64,000 nt of DNA from Botryllus schlosseri (taxonomy: Eukaryota), in assembly GCA_051294905.1 (NCBI GenBank), contig CM119372.1:26972001-27036000 (forward strand), given 5' to 3'. Made by a program: the position numbers and the translations under genes. The notes under the pieces were generated by a model. The model saw only the letters and a program-made list of their open reading frames with translations. It searched no databases and was not told where the DNA came from. Shown here piece by piece: positions 34,431 through 44,207 of the stretch; the first letter of the stretch is position 1; each line of letters starts with the position of its first letter.

Positions 34431-37172
34431 AATAAATAAAATTATTACGTTGCAAGTGGACGGTAAATAGGGTGTGAAAACAACCAAGATCCTAATATTA
34501 TCTATATCGTCTGCTATCGGCCCAAAGAATTATTCAACTATTAATTACGGAATTCATTCGTGAATCTGAAAATTTTTCGCGCTCGGCGCGACAATATGCA
34601 ATCCCAGCAACTATTCATAACATTGCAACTCGCGATTTCGGTACGTACAAAAAAGGCTTTTGTTAAAAGTATAATCGTCCGGACTCCGTAGTTCACCGGC
34701 AATGGATATGGACAGTTTAACATAGGTCTTTCGCGTCCAGTTAGTTCATTAATGCTATGCCCTGGAATGCGGCCTCAGGCTACATAAGTAATCGAAATGG
34801 GCCGTGATTAGCAAAAAGGGTGCCTACCTCTGTACTAGATGATATTCTCTTTTCGACATGACGAAAAGGGCAGGGGGGCAGGGGGCGCAATATTTTCGAT
34901 CATCCCCAAGGGGGGCGCATGTCCAAAAAGGTTGAGAACCGCTGTACTAAAAGGACGGATTTACCCTTGACTTGACATATTTAGTGCTCCACAGCTTCTT
35001 TAAATTTCAGCTTCCGGCTTTCATGTTTTTGGACATGCCCGTTCATCCATGGGTGATGATGATGCATAATATTCACGGGCACTGATTGACTTGTTTTACA
35101 AATTAGGAATTTGGAATTTGGAAACGTATCCCGTAACAATTCTAAGCACATAACGTGTATTGTGCAACGTGGCAATGGCAACAAAGGTTTGGTGACTTTT
35201 GTGACTTTAGTGTTACGGCATAATTTGCTACATTGACTTATTTTGAATCTTGATTACGCATGTGGAGACGTAGGCTGCGTAATCGCGGTATATTTATGAA
35301 CATGCTTGAAAATATACGAATTTTCGCTTCAGTTTATACAGCCTATGCTTTCGGTCCACGCAGCAACATTATTAAAATGTATAGGTTTTATGTTTTGAAT
35401 TCCAAACAACGTTTCGCGGCCCTCAGAAGAGCTCCGCGGGCCCTACGCTTTATGCCGCTACTGATCGTACACATTGGGTGTCCGTTTAGTGGGTGTATAG
35501 CCTGGACGCGCCAAGCGCGAATTTTTTTAAATTTATGATTGAATCCGTCAGTAGGATAGGGAATTGCATATATATGCAATCAATTTTTATCCTCGCTCTG
35601 CCCACGTAATCAGATTTACCGGTAGAGCTGATCGAGCGAGGTGTGTTGGAAAAGCAAAGACCCCTAAATAATAATCAAACATCTTTGGGCGTACCCGTTG
35701 GTATAATGAATTCGGTACATGATGCTATTTCGTGTCCTCCTATCTACTGTGTCAAAAGATATTGAAATCGCCCACACGTACTAAACTAAAACGTACACGA
35801 TTTCAAATTGTTATTTCTTCTTTGAAAAAGTTGCATAAATTTCGAAAAAAATACTACATGATTTATGTTTATTCACGAAATAATTTTGGTTCCCCTTCGA
35901 GCTCGGTCCCCCCAATTGGGGGATTTGGGGTGCGACAATGACGGTCCTGTGCCTAACACCAGACGTGCGTGTATCCATTCGAGTCACATGATTCATTGAT
36001 AGAAGCAAAGTACATCATTTACATTTAGTTTTATTGCATGACTCCAGATATTCACAATATGAGTGAAGAAGGGGAACTACGCTCCAAACATGATGTGGTC
36101 CCGACTTGAAGTTAAGCCATTGAGGGCATTTTTTCAGAAAGCCACCACGTTTGAGCTTCAGCTGAAATATTTTCGAGATATGCACCATAACACACGTGCG
36201 ACCCTGTGGCGTCGCAAAGGTTAAGAAGCATTCACGCGCAATGGCGATAAACCTCGACATCTTGGATATCGAGCGTGTGCTATGGTGCACATTTTGAGGG
36301 TGTATTGGCTTCAGTTCGACTGCGGTGGCTTTCTGAAGAAATTGAATGCTATTCCTTTCCATATTTTGCTTCCAGACATATTTTGCAGAGCAGACCTTTC
36401 TCGCTCGAAAAAAAAATCTGACCTAATTTTACAGTTTTTTCTTCCGTTTTCACATGCTCCGACAACCATTCCATGTTAAACGAATCGCACTTCTTGTTAA
36501 TTTGGCTTGATGAGGGGATGAGAGACTACCCATTCGTATTGCCATTATCAAAAGCGGTCAGTATATACATAGTGCAGAATTAGCCACTCCGGCAAGCAGA
36601 TATAGCCAAAACACTAGTAGCGACACAAATGGACGCCTGTAACCGCAAGTACTATAGACCAGTCGTTCTCAACCTTTTTCACCTCGCAGACAGGTAAAAT
36701 TTCAATAAATAATTGGCGGACCGGTGGACCTTCAAAAATTGAAATCAACCCAAAATGTAAAGTATTAATATTATTAATATTCTTTATTCACAGTAAAACT
36801 GGTTAATACACACATAATCTGGGGAGCAACCTGCCCCCAAAGGAAAATGGCGGGATTGGAGTAAATTTTTGATAATTTCAGTAATACAGTCAAATTGTTA
36901 TTCCTATGCAATAAATGGAGAAGTCAAATTACAGAATTGCATTAGATCAGTGGTTCCCAACCTGTGGTACGCGTACCACTAGTGGTACGCGAAGGTCTTC
37001 CAGGTGGTAGGTAAGTAGATTCTGTTTTTTTTTTCGACCGAAGGACGTTATTGGTGCAGGTGGGGTTGATTTTGATTTTTTTGAAGCCGTCGTCGTCGTG
37101 GTAAGGTACGTCGAAGAAACAAAACCGACTTGTTGCGACCATGCATGACTTTCGATGGGCTGTGAGCTAGTG

Positions 37173-38748
37173 CAGTGGTTCCCAACCTTTTTCTTCTCGT
37201 GAACCCCTTGGCCAAAATTTGAGCCAAAATTTCCCCCAACAGAAATCAGCCCAATGATTAAGATCGTTTTTTCTCCGCGCACACACAATGTTGACTGAAG
37301 AATAAGGCGGACGCTAGAGAGAACTTGTGTCAAGGAAAGCCGCAATAATACTTTGCCGACCTCCAAAAATGGCATTTGTCCCAATCAACACAACTTTTGG
37401 AAGGCTTCGCTAAGAAGTCACACCAACACAAACACACGCGATTACACACCCTTTCCGTAGAAAACTAGGTCCGGTATTACGCGATTGGTAGATCTGGCCG
37501 TGCTAGGTAACGGTTAACGCAAAACTTATTCATTTATGTTTGCCGGCTCATCATACACCAATCGCTAATATAAATGATGTGAAAAATCAGTATGCCTAAA
37601 TTTAGTAGTCGCATCACTGTTTTTTTTCTTTAGTTTATGTATGAATTTGGTCAATAATATTGGAACTTCCATAATCCACGTATAGCATAAACGTGATCAG
37701 ATTTCCTGCGGGAGCTGATGGAAATGGTGTCTTCGAAAATTTAAGACACCCAAATGTCACACAGTTAAGACTATTGTTGAAGTTTCGGATGGATCCACAT
37801 TACTTTGTTGGGGCATGTTGTTATTTCGTGAGCTCCGGTAAAGATTGTCACTAGGCCACTCGAAAGATTCCTAATTCGTAGTTCTTGACCGGGTGATGTG
37901 TTTTTCTCGTCGGGTCGCATTTTTACAGGTGGGCTCAGATTTCAAGGTAGAACTATTCGTAGCCATTATTTCGGAGCCGCGCAGTCATATCAATATCGAC
38001 AGTTTCGGTAAACATTTGTCGGTCATTTTGGATTCTAAGTTTATCACTGTCGATGTTTCTGGAAGCACACTTTGCGGATTCGCATATTTTGCGAAACGTA
38101 TTTATGTCGTGATGTGTCCTAGCGCGGATATGCATGTGCCACCTCATCCGCGGTGTCTTACAAAAGCCTAGAGGTGGGCCGTGCTATAAGTCGGCAGTTA
38201 CGGAAAATAAGAAGAATATCGACCTGGTGTAAATGACCATAGTATTCGAAAACACCATGAATACCCCAAAACAAACAAACAAAATATGCATGTGCCAAGT
38301 GATCCCGCAGTAGCCTACTGCGCAACTCTAGACTGTTGCATTCCTACGGGCTCAAGCGAGACTAAATAAATACCCTCCTTTCATAAATGCGAATACCGTT
38401 TTACTCAATTCTGTAAATCAAGCGTATTTAATGCGTTCACTTAACGTAAAGCAAGTTCACGTGCGATCTCTTTGCCTTGAATCGAGGACTTTGTACTGTT
38501 TTGTAACTTGAAATTTCAAATAGCATTTGAACATATATTCCAGCAAGAAAAAACAGCCAAAAAGAACATACGCTCAGAAATAACTAGTTGACTACTTAAC
38601 AGTTCGGAAATGAAACAATTTGTAAATCCGTAACAACTCCAAGGCAAAATCCCCCCTATAAATTACAAAATTACCCCCAATGATATATATCATTGATTCC
38701 CCCTAATGCTGGAATTCCCCCCTCCCCCATCCTGGCTGGGAATCACTG
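37173..38748. mobile_element. Nested non-autonomous hAT element
   Basis: TIR CAGTGGTTCCCAACC...GGCTGGGAATCACTG; TSD AGCTAGTG at 37165-37172 and 38749-38756. Confidence 0.88.
38142..38283 (+). mobile_element. 5'-truncated SINE with (CAAA)n tail
   Basis: Matches the 3' body of the SINE at 1950-2220; 14-bp TSD ATATGCATGTGCCA at 38128-38141 and 38284-38297. Confidence 0.85.
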
Positions 38749-41700
38749 AGCTAGTGGAAAATAAACAAATTGACTTTTGTTGTTTGTTGTTATTTCATTA
38801 TGTTGTTCTCCTTGTGACTGGTGGTGAAATAACGATTCCATGAATTCCATCAACCATGGCTGATAATGCCTAGCTTAATAGAATTGGTTAGTACACCTCG
38901 CATAGGTCAAATACTGGATTATGACGTCATAAATGGTGTATGTAGGTGGTACGCGAGCACTGCATAAAACCTCAAAATGGTACGTGGTTGGAAAAAGGTT
39001 GGGAACCACTGCATTAGATGAAGAATTGGCAAGGGTTACAGAGCAGAGGTAGAGATGATTGAAAAGGAAGAATCGAAATTACATAAATTATGCTGTGATT
39101 CACAAGTGTAATTTTAGTCCAGTGGTGCATTCAAGGCCTTCCGAAGAATATACACAGTGTCCAATAACGTGATCTGTTGGATATGTCTCATGAGTTTTTT
39201 GCTTACGACACCTGTAGCACCAATGACTATCGGTACAATGTTTATGTTGCATCGCCACATTTTCTCACATTCCATTTTGAGGTCTGCGTATTTGGATTGT
39301 TTTTTCTGATTCTTTTTGTAGTATGTTGTGATCAGCTGGGACAGCCGGTTGAATGAAAAAGCATTCTCTCTTCTTCTTTAGTTTGATGATCATATCCGGG
39401 CGGTTGCTCCTGATTTCGCGGTCAGTTATAACCAGTGGCGGCTCGTCCTATAGGGCAACTGGGGCATTGCCCCACCTAAAATTCTGTTCAATAACAATTT
39501 AACCATTTATAGACGCACAGCGCACAATATATACCGAGATCACAGCGAAACCCGCGTTCTTCCTGTGCTTTCGCTTGCAAATGCCCATACATAGCGAAGT
39601 CTCTGCGAAAATCGAATTCTCTTCTGTGTTTTCGCTTTGTGAATGCGTAGCCGGGGCTTGCCCCGGTAGCGCTCATAACAAGCTTTCACTATCTATTCTC
39701 TCAAAGCCGCGCACAATTAAGAAACGGTGATATACTCTCTCCTATTCGTAAAATGGCCGAGCAACCGGGGCATATATGCCTGTCGCCCCTAAGGTGTGAT
39801 GTAACAATCGTATCTATGTCTGAACTCGGATACCGTGATATGCGTTGAGTCGACCTTTGCTGGTATAGGTCGATTTTGATGGTGTTTCACACCATGATAA
39901 TTCTTGAAACTTGGCATGTCATGTCGTGATGGTGGTATTTAACACTGTCCTAAGTTTCAGGGTTTCTACTCAAAGTTTAGGGTAGTAATTCCGTTTCCAA
40001 AGTCGAGTGTGTGCTGATCCGTCATGTATCGCAAACATATTTCACGCAAAGCCGGTATTGGTCTCCATTAATTTTAACGATGCTCCTTAGCTAGATCCGT
40101 CATGAGCTTTTACATGGTATGTCTTGATTTTAGTATCGAACGCTGTGCCAAGTCTCAAGGTTGGCACTCAATGATTAGGGCAGCAATTTCGTTATCAAGT
40201 TCGAGTATGGTAGAGATGTGCGCTGATCTGACACTTAGCCTACCTAACGCATTGCGGATTTCACGCAAAAGCCGGTGTATCTGTGTTCCATACTGAGATA
40301 GGTGATGAGATGATGATATCATGAAACAGTTTACTAACATCCTCGGTTTGCATTCAAATATTTAGTTTTATTTTATATTCTCCAATGTCAATTTCACCGT
40401 GGAATGGTGGCCTTCGGGCCATTTGCTCACAATTACAACCCCTGTCAAGCGCGATAGCTGTTTCGTTTTCGATGGCGGCTAACAGCTTATCGCTTGATCA
40501 GCCTATTCCTCAGTAAATTTTACGCAAAATTCGGCGTTGATCAATTCGTATTAATTTTGACAGTGTACCATACCGAAAACGGTCATGAGGCTACTTCTCG
40601 ATGATTTCATGTAACAGTGTACCAAGTTTTCGGCTTTCATCCACGTATTTATTCGGTAATATATTTTCCGAAGGCGATTTTGCAGCAGACATATAGACAG
40701 TAGACACTACAGACCGTAAGCCGTATGTGTCGTGTGTTAATCTCCAGCCTCAAGGTCAAAATCTCCCAAGCTGTACCGGGACCGAATTTCCGAGGATGCT
40801 ATCCGTAGTTGTTCAGAATGATGTTTTGGATTCAATATGACATTTCCTTGTCCAATCTATGAGATAACAATTGCGTATGTGTCCGAACTCGTTGACCTTT
40901 CCAGTAAGGCATACGCAATCTCTCGATTTATAGTCATTTCCATTTCTGCAGATAAGTAGTCAGGTCAAGTGCGAACATGAATCGTGTTGAATCTTTGCTC
41001 CGTACGCCGTTTAGCCAGCTGCCTTTAGAGCAAAAATTAGAGGTAAAACGACTAGGTCCGTATCAGCCTAGAAATTGCCCATAAGTCCAATCGTACGCCG
41101 GAGGAAAACGCACTCGTGCCTTTTCTTCAGCGCATTTCGATAAAAATGAATGGCTTACTTATAGCGAGGATAAAAACGCCTTGTTTTGCTTTTACTGTCT
41201 TTTATTCGACAGTGCCGGTACCGGAAGCAGTGGCTCTTGTTGGAACAAAATTGGTTATCGCGATCTGAAGCATTTGTCAGAGCTTGTGAAAGCGCACCAA
41301 AAATCCCAAGTGCACATGGCTAGTGCAGTTAAATATAAATTGTTTGGCAGAGTAAATGTAATGTCGCAGCTCAATGAAAGTTATCGCGTATCAGTCTGCA
41401 AGAACGATGAGCTTGTAGATAAGAATAGGCATGTTCTCTCTCGGGTGATTGATGCCATTCAATTTATTGGAGTTCATGAATTGCCCCTTCGAGGCCACGA
41501 TGAGAAGGAATGCTCTCTCAATAGGGGGGTATTTTTGGATCTAATTAAATACACGGCACCCATGGATAGCATTTTGCGCGAACATCTCGACACCGCGACA
41601 GTAGCTAAGGGTACCTCAAAGACTATTCAAAATGATGTGCTTGATTCGATATATCACATCTATCTACAGCAGTGCTTTTCAACCTTTTTGAGCTCCATTC

Positions 41701-42933
41701 GCACTTTTTTTTTTAAATAATTTCATTCGCACCAGTCAGCCGAAATTTAGTACACGAAAATAAAATGAAGAAACTTATCACTTTTGTATTCGAAGAGCTT
41801 CTTGGAGGTACAGAGCTTCATTATTTTGCATTCAGCGCATCGTATTATTGACTAATCAAGCACTAAAATCACTGCAGTAGGAAAATCACAGATATCGCAC
41901 TCTCGTTGTTCTCAAGAAGTTAGTTGTATTTTCCGGGGGTATCGCGCAGTGATTTCCTTGGAAGCTTAACGGGCGAACCCAAGAACAATATTCACTCACA
42001 ACAATATCACTTCGTCATTAAATCCATATGTTACGTCATCGCGATGTGAATGTGTTTGCATTTAGAACGCACAAAATAGTGAAACTGCACTTGAATCGTA
42101 GCATCAATGTTGCGACTAGCACCTGCTTGTGGTTCATTTTTCTGACAACATTCGAAAAGATGCTACGCGTACTAAGGTTTGTGCGATACGACTACCATAC
42201 GTCCTCCTTTAGGAGGATTTGTCCTCCTTTTTCGGGTTTTTGAAAATCTCCTCCTTTTTGAGATTTTGACCTCTTATTTAGGAATTCTGGTCAAATTTAT
42301 AGCAAAACTCAACTGAGATGCCGTAAATCAGCACCGAAGTGACGCTGCGGCGAGTATTTCGGGAGCTGAGCGAAAGTTGACCTTTTTTTTATTTTAGTCA
42401 ACCGACTATGAAGTGGTAAATATTTACTACTTTTTCAGGATTTTCCACCGGTATTCTGTGTTTGAAAATTTTGAAATAGTGTCCTTCTTTCCCGATTCCG
42501 AAATATGGTAACTCTAATGTTAGACGATTGGATGGCACGGTGGACATTAAAATCAGGAATGCATTGCTATACAAAGCCACACAATCCGAGTAATTGATGA
42601 CTGTTGTTTATGAATAAGCTTAGGCTTCATTCACTTCTTATCTATGCAGTACACGAATCAACATATCTTTCAATAACAACGTTCGGCATCCCCGTGTTGT
42701 CAAAGCCAACACATTCACCTTCTTGAATAATTATTACTCACATAAGATTCATGATTACCACACAGTTATATCGGCCCGGGCAGCCAACTGCGAGATGGCT
42801 CTTAGGTCAATCGTACATTATTGAAAAACTGACTGAAATAATGCCAAATTATCTTTACTATTACAAATATCCTTATGCATAAAGAGTTATAAGGTTCAAC
42901 AGTCTAATTAGGCTGCATAAGGAATATCGTAAC

Positions 42934-44207
42934 CAGGGCTTTGGAGCAGCCGTAAATTTAAACTGCTCCAGCTCCGGCTCCGGAGCTTTCTTCTATCATA
43001 CATTAGCTCCGGCTCCAGCTCCGGAGCCGCATTATTACCACTGCTCCGGCTCCAGCTCCGGCTCTGAAATTATCGAATGGGCCTGTCTATATCAGGGGTG
43101 GCCAACCTGCGGGCCAAATGTGGCCCGCGAGATGGTTTTGCGTGGCCAGCGAGGTAATTTCCTATTATATTATCGAAAATGAATTGCTCAAATTGTGAAC
43201 TTGCAATGCCAACCAAAAATTACAAGTCTGGCTGCGACACTTGGGATGTTGATGACTAAAATATCAGTTCCGAGGCATTGGCAGATCCAGGGTCCAGTCA
43301 CATTTTCAGTAAATCGTTGTACATTACAATAAACTAAAATAGTAGTGAAATTTTTCTTCACGCTTCGCGTTTATAATTGTCACACGATTTCTTGCTTGGT
43401 AGCCTACCCCTACTGAAAATGGAAAAAACGCCTAATTTACCCGATTGAGTTTAACTTATTTCGCAATTACGGGAGAAAGTCTTTTCGCGTTTGCGCTCGC
43501 ATAAAGATCGTCGACGGTGAAATATAGGCACAAAATGATTGTCGCATATGATCGGAGACCTTCGATATCGATGTGACCAAACGCCGAATAGTCGTGTCCT
43601 TGCAAACTGAGCCTAGCGGGCGGTATACAGTAGACCCGCAATATACTCAAGTAATAAAATTATTGACCTAGTTTATTTATAAACTTTGAATATTTTCACC
43701 CGTTTGGCGCGGCTAGTGGACTGCGCACTCGTTTGTCAATCGCATGTGCCCCTTTAGCCGAAAAGGTTCGCCATTCTTAGTCTATATATATTACTAATCT
43801 ACCCCTAGGTTAGTTATCTATAGTAATCTAGAGTCTGTCAGCCGTCAGTAACATCCGATGTAGCAACAAAGACATAGGTGCCGCCGTGCTGGCTTGTGAC
43901 GTCATACTTGTCAGTTCTCGATAACATCATAGTTGCACTAGAACGCACTTTAATCTATATGTCATTGCTGTGCACAGCATTAAAATTCAGGCCTGCTGTT
44001 CAATTACGATAAATCAGCAGATGTGGTTGTTGCATATATAATAGCATCTTATGAAATACGTCGGAGCCGGAGCTACTCCTCAAATAACTGGCTCCAGCTC
44101 CGGCTCCGGCTCCGGCTGAATTTTATTTAGAGCTCCGGCTCCGGCTCCAGCTCCGGCGAAAATGCACTGCTCCGGCTCCGGGCTCCGACTCCGGCTCCAA
44201 AGCCCTG
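42934..44207. mobile_element. hAT-type MITE with (GCTCCG)n subterminal repeats
   Basis: TIR CAGGGCTTTGGAGC / GCTCCAAAGCCCTG; TSD ATCGTAAC at 42926-42933 and 44208-44215. Confidence 0.92.
43093..43779. mobile_element. hAT MITE (innermost nested layer)
   Basis: Left TIR CAGGGGTGGCCAACCT, degenerate right TIR AGGTTCGCCATTCTTA; TSD GTCTATAT at 43085-43092 and 43780-43787. Confidence 0.8.

Larger units (their letters stand above)
14078..34541. mobile_element. Inverted-tandem array of a Penelope-like retroelement (Neptune-like), 3059-bp unit
   Basis: ORF stops recur at 14404, 17463, 22080, 25139, 28198 (-) and 31115, 34174 (+). Spacing is 3059 bp, except +1558 where a MITE is inserted. Orientation flips at 29402/29404. 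The array is flanked by the direct repeat ACTATTAATTAC. Confidence 0.97.
13557..34832. mobile_element. Inner hAT MITE split by the Penelope array
   Basis: Degenerate TIR CAGGGAAGGGCAACCT / AGGGTGCCTACCTCTG; TSD TATTAGAT (13549-13556) vs TACTAGAT (34833-34840), 7/8 match. Confidence 0.65.
12884..34944. mobile_element. hAT (Buster-like) MITE split by an inner MITE and the Penelope array
   Basis: TIR CAGGGGTTCTAAACCT (12884) / AGGTTGAGAACCGCTG (ends 34944); perfect TSD TACTAAAA at 12876-12883 and 34945-34952; GGGGGCGC motifs at both ends. Confidence 0.8.
36948..39011. mobile_element. hAT (Buster-like) MITE with nested element
   Basis: TIR CAGTGGTTCCCAACCT...AGGTTGGGAACCACTG; TSD CATTAGAT at 36940-36947 and 39012-39019; GTGGTACGCG repeats. 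Confidence 0.92.

Noticed and set aside
14078..34541. Bacterial RT system (retron, group II intron, DGR) or telomerase
   Set aside because: RT plus C-terminal GIY-YIG with pLTR hammerhead is the Penelope architecture, and the surroundings are animal-type transposons.
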